Origin: Phoronis australis
Taxonomy: Eukaryota > Animalia > Phoronida
Assembly (NCBI GenBank): GCA_002633005.1
Contig: NMRA01000505.1
Span: 107,558 to 171,557 of the forward strand
DNA length: 64,000 nucleotides
Direction: 5' to 3'
In this document: in pieces, positions 13,603-27,600 of the stretch
Position numbering within the stretch: position 1 is the first letter of the stretch
Layout of the letters: each line of letters opens with the position of its first letter
The notes under the pieces: model-generated
What the model saw: the letters and a program-made list of their open reading frames with translations, nothing else
Database searches by the model: none
Told to the model about the DNA's origin: nothing
Made by a program: the position numbers and the translations under genes

Positions 13603-14946
13603 CAGAGAAGCCAACGTGATTGGTGGTTTTCAAACAATCTAAAGTAGTAATTAGATTTTTTCACCAATAGCTCTCTGTATTTTACTTCATGCAATTATTT
13701 CCGACTGGGCACACTTGAAAATCAATGTATTCACACAAGTGATCACCCAGTCTTTTAAAGAAGTTTAAATAAATAAATAGATATATAAACAGTGATCAGA
13801 ATCGTCACTAATTCACCATGTTGTGACAAATTGTCGCACTCGACACATATTGTCACCGAGTGCGCCAATATATGCCGTCAACATCGACACCCGTTGTCGC
13901 CCGAGCGACACAACGTTTCGAGTACATAAGTTACAACAGCCACTATTTGTCAGACTCTTGTATCAGGGAAAAGTCAATAAATAAAACATGGTATTATACT
14001 AGTGCAAGGAGCTATGAGTGTTGTAACTGAACTGTGTCTCGGACAACTTGTTGTTCCGTCTTTGTAAACCATAGTACTGCACTATTACAAGGTTAGAGAA
14101 ACCATAAATCCGCGCTTACTGGCAAAACATATTTTTACTTAAAGATACTATGTCTCTTTAAAACCGTGAATGTTTAAAGTGCCTTTTAATACTTCCTGGA
14201 TAACTGTGTGTACGTGTATAATCAGAAAAAGAAACGATTTGTAAATAAATCGCGGTTTTAAAGAAAACAACACAACTGATACACTTAAAAACAAGTATAA
14301 ACGTATAGAAAACCCTAGTAATTCCAAATATTACGCAATCGTTAATCAATAGTAAAATGAATAAATAATAAAAACTGTGCCTGTTTTCATTAGGGTAACG
14401 ACGACATATTGCCATACTCACTTTCATAAAAATAGTCTCGCAAAACGAGACTTTTGCGAGATTGTAATGTTAACTGGTTCTCGGATGGTTTCCGGCACAC
14501 CGGAAGACCCGGGGTTGTTTGTAAGCTAGTACTTCATTTGAATATTCACAATTTAATGAGACATAGCATCTTCAAGCCAACCACGGTTAGCAAAGTGGGC
14601 CTTGCCTTGCTCGGTAATAAGCTCAGAAATAATTTCTAGACTTTCAAAGAACTGATACACTGTAGGTCATCATTGCTTCTGATGGGTTAGTTTCTTCGCC
14701 AAGGCAGTATAGCCGTCAAAGGAATATCTGGCAATTTATTGTTAACTAATTACGAATAACATATTATACGACGATGTTCCATTGGAAGAACAAACACACA
14801 ACTGAAGAAAGTTGATGTGGTTTATGGAGATTTTAATGTTCAAAGGCAGCTAGGCATTTTGTCACATAACTGGTCAACCAACGACGTGACAGGAAATCTT
14901 TCGAGTTTGGAAGAATTCCATATCGTATAGTAAAGTAGGACCTATA

Positions 14947-15255
14947 CATGGGCGAAGTGGGCGAAAAGGTGCGCCAGCGGTGCGCAGTTCACAGTGGTGC
15001 GCAGTTCACAGCGGTGCGCAGTTCACAGCGGTGCGCAGTTCACAGCGGTTCGCAGTTCACAGCGGTGCGCAGTTCACACTGAGTGGTGCGCAGTTCACAG
15101 TGGTGCGCAGTTCACAGCGGTGCGCAGTTCACAGTGGTGCGCAGTTCACAGTGGTGCGCCCGGTTTTTTTTAGTCCGCCAACTGTTTTGTTACTAAAAGG
15201 TCCACAAAGTTAGAGGGATTCGAGCCCCCCATATCGAACGCTGGGTGCGCGCATG
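14947..15255. mobile_element. MITE (CATG termini, 5-bp TSD) carrying an internal 17-bp minisatellite
   Basis: TSD CTATA at 14942-14946 and 15256-15260. The body is homologous to the copy at 39479-39603. The 5' TIR is partly deleted. Confidence 0.75.
14977..15159. repeat. 17-bp tandem repeat G(C/T)GGTGCGCAGTTCACA, ~10.5 copies
   Basis: Directly visible; no spacers between units. Confidence 0.95.
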
Positions 15256-16662
15256 CTATAACATGGACATATTTCAGAGTATGTCATGGCATGGGAATAG
15301 CGTTTACAAGCCTGCTACTGTACACCGAAACTAGTAGTCTAGGCAAGGGGCTTTAACATGCGCGGTCACTTAGGACATCAATGAAATTTTGGCGACAGCC
15401 AGGTACGCCTCAGCCAAGCAGGATTTACTATACTATTACTGCATTTGCAATATGTTGTTGCGGCGGTTTGAGCTTGGGTCATTTTTTCTACGGTTATCTG
15501 TCTTCAAGACAAAATTACGTAACCACTACTTTGATTCCAAACCTTTCATAATTTCTGAATAACATTCTAGCATTTGCCTGACATCTTAAGTAAAGCGTAT
15601 AACCCACGGTTAAGAAGCTTTGCCGCATCGGTTTTATCAGCAGTGAAGGGAATGAGCGATGAAATCACGTCAGAGCAAATGCGACCTGTCACTAAACTTG
15701 CAAAAAATTGTCTTGGAATAACAATAATTCCCCTGGAACGTTTCCAGTCAGTTTAAGCGCGTTCACAAGGACGTCCCAGAAGCCTGGCTTGAGACACACA
15801 TCAAAGTGTGCGCGACGCGTGAGTCATGTTATGGAAGGTTGTCCTCAGCCAAATGATTCTCTTCAGGCCATATTGAGTAGATTGGTAGCAGCATCTGTTT
15901 TTGTGTCTCATGATATTTTTTGACAGAACTACGTGACTCGGATTTAAAAAGGCATGTAACGCGAAAGCTCAAAGATTCCTGACAATATTACCATCTTGCA
16001 ACAGAGTTATTCACTTTCCAATGTGATGGAATTTTCAGAAAGAATCCCCAAAATCGGGTTTTTTGAAATACGTGCTCAGGAAAAACTTTGTAGTCACCAC
16101 AAAGTTTCTAATCTCCCTCTCACTTATGATAAATTCGAGCATGCGCTCACGGTCATTTGACCCCCCCTCCCAACCTCGCCCCATTCGGTGCTATGCGCAT
16201 CTAATCGTGCTTTGCACAAATGTTTTCACACAAAGTGTTGGGTCCCCCTTGTGATATCCAAGATCCGCCCCTGAGTTTTGAGGCTTCAAAAACGAATTAT
16301 GGATGTTTGTTTACACTTAAGACAAATTCACCCAACGTCAACTCAAACAACGTTTTAGTGAAGCCAAGTAAGGCTGATTGATAGCATGAGCCGACCAAAC
16401 CAAGAGAGAACGTCAGCTACACTCAGCACGATGCTATTTATACTTCCACAACAGAAAACTGGGCCAATTTGAGCAGTGCGGGAGACCAAAGAAACCTGAG
16501 CGGCTACGTGCACTAGTTGGGTATCAAAATTCGACATATTAGCTTAACGAAAAAGACTTTTGTTGACTAGAAAATGGTTGTAACAAAGACTGGTGTACAG
16601 TATATGCCTGATGACGTAAAATTAGTCATTTAATTAGTGAGCTTCATTGTCTTTCACCGATC

Positions 16663-19600
16663 TCATTGTTGACTACTCGCTTGAGTTGATGGTGCTGATC
16701 GTATGTCAGAGGAAATTCTGTCGTGTACACCTAATCTTGCTTCATGAATTTCATTTTCCAATCCAGCGATATCTTTTATAGTCGGTGATTTGTGTGCATG
16801 TTCTTTCTCTTTAGTACGTAAGTACCGCTGAACAAGGCGCGCCATCATCAGTTGGTAATCTCCGTCTGTGTTCTCTTGTAACTCATCGTCTTCATCGCCC
16901 TCAATAAAACAGAATCTGTTCACGCTGAACCTAGCATCAGGGTCACCACGCACGCGGAAGGACATCCAACGCACAATTTTGACTATAACCTTTGGATTTG
17001 GTATTAAGTTGAACGGTGGTGGTAAAGTGCCTGAAATAGTGAGTTATGGACTGAAGCACTGTGATATATGGCGTTCAAATACACCTTCCCATTCAGGTTT
17101 AATTTAAAACTAGTTTGGTTATGAGTCATTTGCTTTGCTTGATTAAACCATGGTGAGCCAAACCATTTTTAATAGTTTACGGAAGATCACCAGGCGTTGG
17201 TTTCCCAGGATGAAAGAACACACTTTTGTTACATAACGGTTTATTCGAGCAAAAACTATAGGCCAGTATGGAGGTTAACGGGGCATAGGTCATACCCGAA
17301 TACATGCATTTTTGAAGAAGGACGGAGTTTTAGTGGCAAATTGGAGCTTTTCATTTATTGTGTTGGTGTTCTAGCAGGCCGCAAAAATGATTTCAATGCT
17401 TACTTACTGTCTGGGATATATTTAAGTTTAAAAATTATTCTCTAAACACGATCCAGTTGGTAATCAAAGGCCACACATTCAACGGCATAAAGTGTACCTC
17501 CTTTTTCGAAGAAACTCAACCACACACGTGTGCGGGCAAACTTCCACTCCATGTCGGCGTTGTTGGCAACAGAGTGAAAAGAATTCGACATCATGGCGAT
17601 CAGCATGTTCACCAAAATTATGACGACAATCACGTGATACATGGCGAATAGGAAGTGGCCAACAGCTGCAGAAAAAAAGTGAAACTGCAGGTGAAGAACA
17701 AAATGAAGGCCAGTCATCCCAGCAGCGATTATTTACGCTTAGTTTACAAAATAGTCAGTAAAGAACAACTCGTCAGTTTAATCGACGTTTATATAGCCGC
17801 GTTTTTCGTCAAATTGCTTACCTTGAGTAAAGTCGTGCGAGTTCAGTACAGGATGAGTCACATTGCCGCCTATAGGCGACAACACTATGTTAACGCTCTC
17901 TATTGGTGCCATGCTGAAGACGGCCCAGAACAGCGTGTAAAGGGTGTGTGGGAAGGATTCGAACTGGTCTTGTTGCGTCACCTTTATTCCATGTCGATTC
18001 ACGAACATTTGATTCGTGTAATATTGATATAGTTTATGAAGTCCGATGGCAAATGATAATATTACAATGGTGAAAATCGAGAGAAATGTGCCTATATCTT
18101 TGAACATGCGGCTAATTGAGATCTCCATCGGTCCGACATGGAATTGTATTTGCAGAGCGTAAAATAGGTGACCAAAAGCCAAGACACTAGCAATGGCATA
18201 GACTCCTTCGGCGACTAAAGACGGATCATAAGCATGCCAAAAACGACGCTCAAGTCTCAACTGTCCATGCTGGCGAACATCATAGTACGCCCAAATCCAT
18301 AGACCAAAGGAAACAATATACATGAACAGCATAACTGTTTTGTATACACTCCATTTACTTTTATAGTATTGGCGAACCCCGAAAATCCAGGACCTTTTCA
18401 TTTCCATCCAGAGAAGTCCAATTACATATAACACAATTAACCATTCCAGGCCTGTGTGAGGAGGACCGCGCGTGTGGTCTTCAGCGTCTAGATAGTTCTG
18501 GACAAAAAGTAAAATGAGAAAGGCAACATAAGAAGACATCATTGACAAAAACTTGTTGATAGGGCTTGAAATTGACCTTGCATAGTTGGAGTATGGAAGA
18601 CACAAGTAGATCACGGCCATTGCAGGAAGAAGGAACACTCGAGGAAACGCTTTCAGTGTCTTTTCAAAAACCGTCAGCGTCTTCCAGTCATTCCAGTCTC
18701 GCGACCAAGCAGTTCCTATGACCTGCTGAACATTAGGATGAGCCACAAAGTCTTTTTGTTCTAACTCTACAGCTAATGCCAGACGAGGAAACTCCAGTCG
18801 ACGCAAATTTCCCACTGAACCTTCTTTTCGCCTTAAAAGAAGCTTCACTTCGTAAGTTGTTCTCGCTTCGCCAACGAGCTCAACAGCAAACTTTTTACAT
18901 TGTTTACATAATAGAGTGTAGGGCTTACAAAGTTCTCTTTCAACTTGACTGAGCTCCTCAAACTCCCTGCTCAACTCGAACGCTGTTAATATGGGATCAG
19001 AAGATGATTGGCAAATGTAGGCGGGGCTGGCTAAAGCTTTATAAGCAGTTAATCTTTTCATTGATTCCCGCAAACTTTCACCAAGCCGATGTTCCCAACA
19101 TTTTTCTTTACAATAGCAGGAAGGTGGGTGTGGTTTTTCAACGAAGTGACCCCTGTTTAATAATAGTCGTATGATTTCATAGTCCTGATTGATAGCTGCC
19201 AGCATGATTGGATTAAGGTCGGGACTGTAGTCTGGAGACTCCGTGTAACAACTAGCTCTCTCGTCTTTTCCTTGTTCGGTCAACTTGTTCAGCATTGCAG
19301 TCAAGATTCTACAGTCTGCTTTGTCAACCGCATGGAGCACAGAATCTCCAATAATTATATTTGGCTGTTTCAGCAATATATGTACCATATCCAAGTTGCC
19401 GATGGATACAGCCTTAGTGAGTCCCGTTGCACCAGAATAGTTTTGGCAATTAATGCTAAATCGTTTCCGCGACGTCAAGAATGATTCAACGTTTTTGACG
19501 TCTTCATTCTTTATGAATTCAAAAAAAACTTTCCCCTCCTCCCTTAGTCTCGGTAATAATATACTTGGTTGATAGGCAACTAAGTTGCATGTAACATTTT

Positions 19601-19685
19601 CTCCCATATGCCCCAGAAGAGGAAGAGTGATTTCTTCATCTTCCAACCGCAATAACTTCAGTTTCTTCTTTGTTCGCTTCTTCAT
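16663..19685 (-). CDS. TRPC: TRPC-family (short transient receptor potential) cation channel, paralog 1, ~799 aa; exons 19685-17822, 17665-17498, 17030-16663
   Basis: Ankyrin repeats (GDSVLHAV, LNPIMLAAINQDYEIIRLLL), TRP_2 Zn motif PHPPSCYCKEKC, AYKALASPAYI/SSDPILTAFELS, six TM segments, pore LFWAVF, S6 VNMLIAMMSNSF, TRP box EWKFAR, LPPPFN and the CIRB-like YQLMMARLVQRYL. There are two phase-1 GT-AG introns, and the CDS is 2400 nt in frame. Confidence 0.95.
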
Positions 19686-21065
19686 ATTTCTTCAACAGTT
19701 ACCACCATAAATTATCAAAGTTATGCAACAGCACGACAATAAACACTACGTTACCATAGTTGTAACGGATTCCAGTGTTACTAAGCAACACCAATGGTAA
19801 ACTTGCGTGGTGGTACAATGAACTTACGTCACGAAAACAATTTACTCAACAATAGCAAAGAAATAATCTCTATTAGAGTTAACTGTCGCTGAGGCTAAAG
19901 ATGCATCAAAGTCCTTTCTTCTATAAACGTTTTACGGAAGGGGATACGATGACCTGTCACCTGTGGACACGACCAAAAATAATAGTCAACGGCTTGCTGT
20001 TTTCAGGACCTACATGTACACTTTTGAAAACTGTCAAGGGCTCCCCTCCGACATTGCAGATGTGCAGTTCGATAAGGAAACAACTAAATATCCAGTATCT
20101 TGACGTTCAAATCCTCGATCGTGGCCAGTGCTCAAACTCAAATTCAAAGAAATTTCAAACCAAAATATAAAACTTGCTCAGATCTAATTTCAAGTTTCAA
20201 ATTCGGAACACGGCGCAATCGGAACTATGGCTAAGTATAGGCGCTCTCCCGCGATACCCCAAGCGACCGGCAGTGGCGCTGGGCACAACGACTCCGTTTC
20301 CGTCGTCTGCTCCACTGTGCAATGAAGAAAATCACTTCTATCATTTTTTAAAGAAAATGGAATCTGAGTGATGATGAAAAAACAAAAGCTGCTGGTAAGA
20401 TGTCAATTTTAATCGAAGCCTTAGTGAATCACACAGAAACTTATAATTCTCTCTTTGTCAAACCTAACTTAAGACGATTTCCAAAGCAATCGTGTCATAA
20501 TTATTGCCAACACAAAAAACGGATTTGGTCTTTTGGGCAATTGAAGACTATTTTAGATACAACAAATTTTTTACGAACTGATATCACAAAATATAAAACA
20601 TGTAATAAGCATTACAAAAGAAGTAGGTTTCGCGCGCAAACGCTGTGGACCATAAACAAGTAGGTGTCTAAGACCGAGTTAGGGGTTAACTCGTGGTGGT
20701 GCAGTGGTAAAACGCGCCCTCTATCCGCCAGGTTTTGAGTTGAGTCTGTGGTATTAGCAGTTTTTCCTGTTTGTCACTTTCTCCTTTTTTCTTGGATAAC
20801 ACTTCGGAAATCAAGGAAAATGCTTGATTTTTAGAGGAAAAAACAAAAAAAAAATTGCCCCCCTCCCGACCTCCCCCCATTCGGTGCTATGTGCATCTAC
20901 AATCGTGCTGTGAGCAAATGTTTACAGACAAAATGTTGCCCCCCTTTTGATATCCTAGATCCGCCACTGATACTGAGCACTTGAATTCCTACAAGATACG
21001 TGACACAGGCATGTCTCAGTCATTTATGATATTGCTTGGTGTGGCAAAAAAGATCAACCCGGCCA

Positions 21066-23612
21066 AACCCGCAATCGAGAACGCTCGGAAGGCGATCGAG
21101 AACGAGAGCTTGCACCAAAAGAATGGCAGACTGCAGTGACGTACACGGTGAGTTTGAGTGCCTACTTTGGTACCAATGCGACACACCGAATAGCGTCAGA
21201 GGTAGCTTAGCATTTGTTGTAGATATGAAATAATTCTTGGCTTTTGCTAATTTTTGGAAATGAGGACCGTGTAAAGCAATGACTTTCGGTAAAATGCCTT
21301 GCGTCTCGTAAATTCGACAATTTCTACTTGTTATTAGCAATTCCTGGGTTCTGAAGAAGAGATTTATGACGTTTATAGTTTAATAGTCCCTGGTGACACC
21401 TTTGTTAGTTATGATTTGTGAAACAATTCGAGATATTTACCAATACAAGCAATTCTTTGTATGAGACGGCAATCAGGAACGAAGCTGTTAATTCTCTATG
21501 GCGATGGTGAACGCAAAAAAGCGATCGAGAACGCACATTTTTTCTGCATTCTCCTGAATAATCGTTCAAGTTACGGACACTGAATTAGTTTACTGGTAGA
21601 TCGTTCATTATACTTTCACCGTTTTTGGTGATTTCTGTGTGAGATTTAGCCTGACAAATATAATTAAATGCGTTTGATTTTTTTTTTCAGTTGAACTTTA
21701 GCCACGCGACTTTCAGGGTGTTAACGTCCACGCTTTCAAAAAGAGTAGCACAACTGCTGCCTGTGACAAAGGACTGTGTACATGTATATGTTGTGGAGCT
21801 TCGTTCAGGAAGAAACCGACTTTGTATGACCACGTGGCAATAAAACACAGTGACATAACAACAAGCAAGACCTTTACCAGCCCCGTGATCGACGTATTGC
21901 ATGCTGCAAGAGTTCTTTGGTCGACATAAGAAAACGCAACATGAAGCATTGTGCTCAGGAACCAAGTCGATTCAGTGTCCTATCTGTGATCAATGTTTCA
22001 CGGAAAGAGTGATCCTGACGCGACACATTGCATGAGGACACTCCTTTTAATGGTGAATGTGGCATGTCATGCAAACAGTATGCTTCCTACAGGTATAAGA
22101 AGCAGAAACGTCATGAATGAAATCACGAAGTCCAGTGGTGAAGGTTGTTAAGTCACTATATTTTATTCAGATTTACAGAGTTTATGGTTGTTAGTTGTCT
22201 GATGTAATAGTATTTTGACGTTTTGTTTTGAACCTTTTTCCTCAAGTTTCTTTCTACATTTGTGTTATTTCAACAATATCTTTAACAGAACCAGTGCATT
22301 TTTCTAGTGCTTAGGTAGATTTAAATGACCATACTAAGTGTCATTGGGCAATACTGACATACAATTGTTGTGACAAATTAGTGTTTTAAAAGAAAATATA
22401 TGTCTGCGATTATTGTAGAAATCGCTTTCATATTGTTGTTGATTTCCTGTGAGAGAATTCCGAAATAGATTGTCTATGATTCAGTGATGATTTAGTCTGA
22501 TACATTCTAAAAGTAATTCGCATGAAATGTTCAATGGATTTATAATGTTGACTTCCCTGAAGCAATCTTTTTGTATGACCAATTTTGAGAAATGTGTGAT
22601 AAAAGATTAATAATATTATAGAAATGCTTTAATATTGGTGCTGATTTCCTGTGTAATCACTACATTGTGCCTTGAAGTGACGGTAAAGACAACATTTTGA
22701 CTACGTTTTGAGAAAATCCTAATACAGTAGGTGTATCATAACTCGTCTCACTCTTTTTCAATGTCACTTTAAACTGAAGATCATGAACTGATGATGCAGG
22801 TGAACTTAGGACGAAGACTACAAAACAGAAGAGGCAAACGAAACGTACAATACAGTGTATATCCAAGCCACACGGATGTCACAAGTCAATCTGTTCATCT
22901 CTGTATCGATGTTATCTGTAAACATCAATCAAAATGAAATCATTTGTAAAAATATCTAACTAAATTAGAATGCTTGATGTTCATGTATTGCTCATGGCGA
23001 TTTAACGATAAATGCTGTGCTACTGTTTAGTTTTCATGCGAAAATAACACAGTAATGACGCAAAATGGGGTTGATTCATTGCACAACATTTATTTTGTAA
23101 CCTTTCACGTTTTATAAGTAAAGAGTGCATCATTGTTCGACACAACACTATACGTTCTCGATCGCATAAACAAAACAAAAATTCGCGTTCCCGATCGTTT
23201 ACCATTGCGTTCTCGATCGCTTCTTTCAACAGAAAAGTTTCGAAAAATCAGATATGCTGACCAAACTACGAAAAACAGCGTTATATTTTCACACGGTATT
23301 TCTTCATAACTTCATGATTAAATTATTGGTATAGTGCCAAAAATAACAGCATTTCGCCAAAACGTCTTACAATTCAACTTGGGATCATGCGATGCTTCGG
23401 TTAACGTAACTTTCCTTCTATAATTGGAAGAGACACTAGCCTAAACCTCTACTTGCCCTTCCTCAATGCGTTACGCCTAGAACTCATGTCTCTGCTTTCA
23501 CATTGAAAGGAAAAAAAACGAAAATTCATCAAATTTACTCACCTTGTATGGCTTCGCTTCTCGCGCCAAATATCATTCTCCATCACCTTCCGGGCGTTCT
23601 TGATCGTGGGTT
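21066..23612 (+). mobile_element. Decayed inverted-repeat DNA element (possibly Mutator-like) carrying C2H2 zinc-finger remnants
   Basis: ~40-bp imperfect inverted repeats at 21066-21105 and 23573-23612, with internal GCGATCGAGAACG subrepeats in both orientations. Exact termini and TSD are unresolved. Confidence 0.55.
21691..22092 (+). pseudogene. Decayed exon encoding about three C2H2 zinc fingers
   Basis: Polypyrimidine-AG ending 21690. Translates CICCGASFRKKPTLYDHVAIKH, a frameshifted middle finger (..GRHKKTQH) and CPICDQCFTERVILTRHIA*GH, with in-frame stops. Confidence 0.7.
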
Positions 23613-24566
23613 GCATGGGTGAAGATAGGTAGTGAAACCGGGCGTGGCAAGCGTTCTTTTTCTATGACAAGCAGCGATGCACCTTAACTCTTTGCGGTGG
23701 TTTTAAACTGTTTGAAACTACTGTGGGTTTACACAGTGACCATGTACACATTTTATTAAGAGAATTCGGCCTCTTGTACCAATTTACTTTGAACTTTAAA
23801 TTGTGCCTTTCTAATTGCTTGGACATTTCCTTCTTTTTTCGGGCTTCTCTGTAAGTTGTTGCAGGAACCGTGGTTTCACGCTATAAATATTTAAACCAAA
23901 AAGAAAACCTTTGATCGAAACATAGTTCGCAAAAAGACACACACACACGAAAAAAAGATTGATAAAACTTTTGTAGCCATGATATTAACGTTTATCTAAA
24001 GTAATCCTGTTGGAATTACGCATTAGAGGTTGTATGCTCAGAGATAACTAGCATGCCTTAGCAACATGGCGGCCAATATGAAGTGGTTGATCAGCGAGGT
24101 GTGTGTGTGGGTTGAATTAAGAATTCTTTTCGGTGTTCCCGTTGTGGAAGAGAACATCTTTCGTCACAAGTGCAGTATAATGTCTTTTGGTCTGCGGAAC
24201 TCAACCCAGAAGTTTTGGCCAATTCACTCGGCTGAATCGGCGGAGTGAATCAGCTGCAGCCATTATTGACGAACGCGCCCCGGTTATGCTCGGAACGTAT
24301 GAACAATTGAAAGAATTGTATTTTCATAACCTTGATCATAAAATTTAAGCTCATATTCTTCGTTTCAATAATAAAACAATTAGAAAACAGGCCAATTTTA
24401 ATTGGAACGTTGCAAAAGCGTTTCTTTAGTGAAAATGAACGCATGTATTTTATTAAATAAAATGAACAATCATTCAAAACTCAAAATGCATCATGTGAAC
24501 CTACATCCTTGTACATATATTTAATTAAAATTTAACATAAACCTCGCTTTGCCTTAAGAGTGTAAT

Positions 24567-24666
24567 CTTTGCTCTATTCCCCTTCCATGGCACTCGGCGG
24601 GCGTGATTCTTGATTCCTTTGCTCTATTCCCCTTCCATGGCACTCGGCGGGCGTGATTCTTGATTC
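24567..24666. repeat. Exact 50-bp tandem duplication spanning the stop codon of TRPC paralog 2
   Basis: 24567-24616 is identical to 24617-24666. Confidence 0.95.
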
Positions 24667-27600
24667 CCCAACAGAGCAAACTTTATCTCCTTTAGCTCCG
24701 TTTCAATTCGGTCTAAATCGGCAGTTGTCGGGGACTGACTTTCCTTTTCTTTCTCTTTGGTGCGAAGGTATCGCTGCACGAGGCGCGCCATCAGAATCTG
24801 GTAATCTCCCTCCGTGTCTTCTTCAACTTCCTCATCGATATAACAGCAGCGGTCGGTCGCAAACTTTGCTTTGCTGTCATCCTTGATCTTTAAGTAGCAC
24901 CAGTAGAAGGCCCGGATGAAGCTCTTTGGGCTAGGAATGATGTTGAACGGTGGCGGCAAAGTACCTGGAAAATAAACTGCGCGTTATTGCAGAAAGACCA
25001 TGGAATCCAATTGTTTGTTAATGCGGTTATAAACTACACGCACGCTCTCTAATGACGAGGGAGAACTTCGTTGTTGACAAAAATTTTAGTTAAGACATAT
25101 ACACAGACATATTGTACACATCTGCCCATCCGTATGTCAAATAACTTTGAATGCATTGATAAGCCAACATAATGATCAGTAGAGATCAAGCTTACCCCCT
25201 TCCTCAAAAAAACTTAGCCAGACCCGGGTTCGTGCAAACTTCCATTCCATGTCCGCGTTGTCCGTGACCTTTTGGAACGAGTTGGCCATCATGGCGATCA
25301 GCAGATTGAGAAGGATGATTATTGTGACCACGTGGTAGATGGAGAACAACATGTGACCCACCGCTGGAGAAACAGAGCGAAAAAATTTCCATTTTCCTCA
25401 AATCAGACGTTTGACACTGGTTCTATCAGCGTAGATTGTTTGACTTAATGTTATCCTTATATGAAATTTGCTTGGAAGTACTTGATGACTCTTCTCAGGT
25501 TCGTTCGAACAAACCCCCTCCCCTCCTCCGCGGAAAAGGTCCAGCCCTAGGCTATAATACATATGGACAACAACAAAATTGTTGCAGCTACTGGTACTAC
25601 TAACTACATGTACTAAGTTAGTAATAATTTTGAATTTGCTTGATTCAAAGCGCTTCACGTTATCATCGAGCCATTCCAGACCAACTTCACCCGAGTGGTA
25701 TTTGCGCACATGACAAGATCGTGCAGACGATTAGAGGAGGCTTTATGTTACTCATCAGCATTGAACTCACGTGGTGGTTACACCGTAGGGTAACAAGGGA
25801 GTCTAGATTTGTAAATTTCTACACCTAGATTAGCTATATAGCAGTGAGCGAGCTCCCAAAAAGTCACTAAGCGGTATGAATACCTTAAAATCGACAAATT
25901 TGGAATTGAAAGTGTTCGTCAAATACAGGTATGTATGTTTTTCATCCAGTGTCCAATTCGATTGTGGATTGGTGAATTGACATGCATGCGTGTACACGTG
26001 TGTGCGTTGCCGCTCTTATAAATTCAGTAAAAGCCGATGGTAAGCTAACTATAGGCAGCCCTCCGTCGTTGCTCAAAAACCAGAGTTTAACTATAACCGT
26101 GTTTGCTTGCTCTGAGAAAGCACCGACAAAGCACGTTCACATTTTTGGGGAAAAGTAGGTCTAGACCCAATAAAAACTTTGGTTAATGAAGATAGACTTC
26201 TCTTGTCAATAGTGTCAATAGTGCACAACCTCACAGACTTCATGCAAGCAACTAACTTGATGGAAAAGATTTCCAAGGTTAGATGCCACAGTTCCGAAGG
26301 TTCGCTACTCCGAAGGTCCAGTACGCCGAAGGTTCGCCACCTTCAGAAGTTCACTACTTCGAATGTCAACAGTTCCAACACTAGAACTCCGACAGTTGTT
26401 TTTTATTTCTCAAATGTAAGCAGGGCCCCAGGAGTCGCTACGCATCATATCCAGGTTTTAATTCACACCCTTGCACACATTCACTAGTAAGACCGAACTC
26501 AGAGGAGTAGGAGACACCTTTGTGCAATGCTCGATTGGCAGCCACTAAAGCCAGGATTCAAACTCAAGGTCTTCCAAACAGGAGTCCCGATCTCAAACCA
26601 CTAAGCCACTCTGATTGTCTGCTAATGAGTCGTAACGTAACAGACATGAATAAATTATTGTATTTGTGTCCATTTAGTAACCATTTAAAAGGTATGCAAA
26701 AGTTGACTTCATCTAGTTCTTAATACATTGATTTCATTGTTGAACTCAGTTACAATCACTGGGTGAGGTTCAGGCGCAGTGGCCCTAAACTTTTCAGTTG
26801 CGCTGTGAAATGATTCGACCATGACATGGATTTGATGAATATATCGTGGTTGATAATTCATCAACATTCCAACTCCATATTTTTAAAAATGCAATAACGT
26901 TCTCATTTTTCCGTGCTCGTAGGCTAAGACATGCAGGCAATTTCGTACGCGCATGAAATCCAAAGTATTTTAATACCCGGGCGTTGTTTGGTGTTGGTAC
27001 ACCGTTCAGTGTATGTATCATTCATTTTTGCATGTAAATGTGTACAAATTACACACGATTTTAGATCTATGTTTTCGTAGTCGTGAACCTTGGGAATGGC
27101 GCAAGTCGGCGTTTTTCCGTTCAGTGACTACCAGACGAAGAGGGTTGTGAGCATGTGAAAACATCTAGCTTCTTTGTTAACTACCAAGCACAGTCATTTG
27201 TCTGGTATGACAGCAAGCAAGCCATTTATCTACCAGGCTTATTACAGACCACGTGTGAATACGGTCAAACCCAGAGCGAATTGGTACATTCGGAAAGAAG
27301 ATTGTCGTAACTTCGGTTGTAGTTGGGCAATTTTGGCAATTCAAAAACTAAACATGATCACCATTTGACGAGGATTACAGAAATACTATTAGTTTATGTT
27401 TACTTAACTTTTATTTCAACAGCACAGTCCAGTCAGGGTAGATGTGATCTTACTGGAGATTAGAGCAATTACCGAACAAGAGAGCTGACCCTCCAACCAT
27501 GAATGCCAGAATGGAGTTAATCAGCCGTGTAAGATATTGGCTACACGGGTGTTCTTCCCAACTTGTTGTTGGGCTATAGAATCGAACAAGTTGGGAGCAA

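Noticed and set aside
16160-20969. Direct MITE copies flanking TRPC paralog 1 as the cause of the gene duplication
   Set aside because: The paralogs are highly diverged with unalignable introns, whereas the MITE copies still align well, so the MITEs post-date the duplication.
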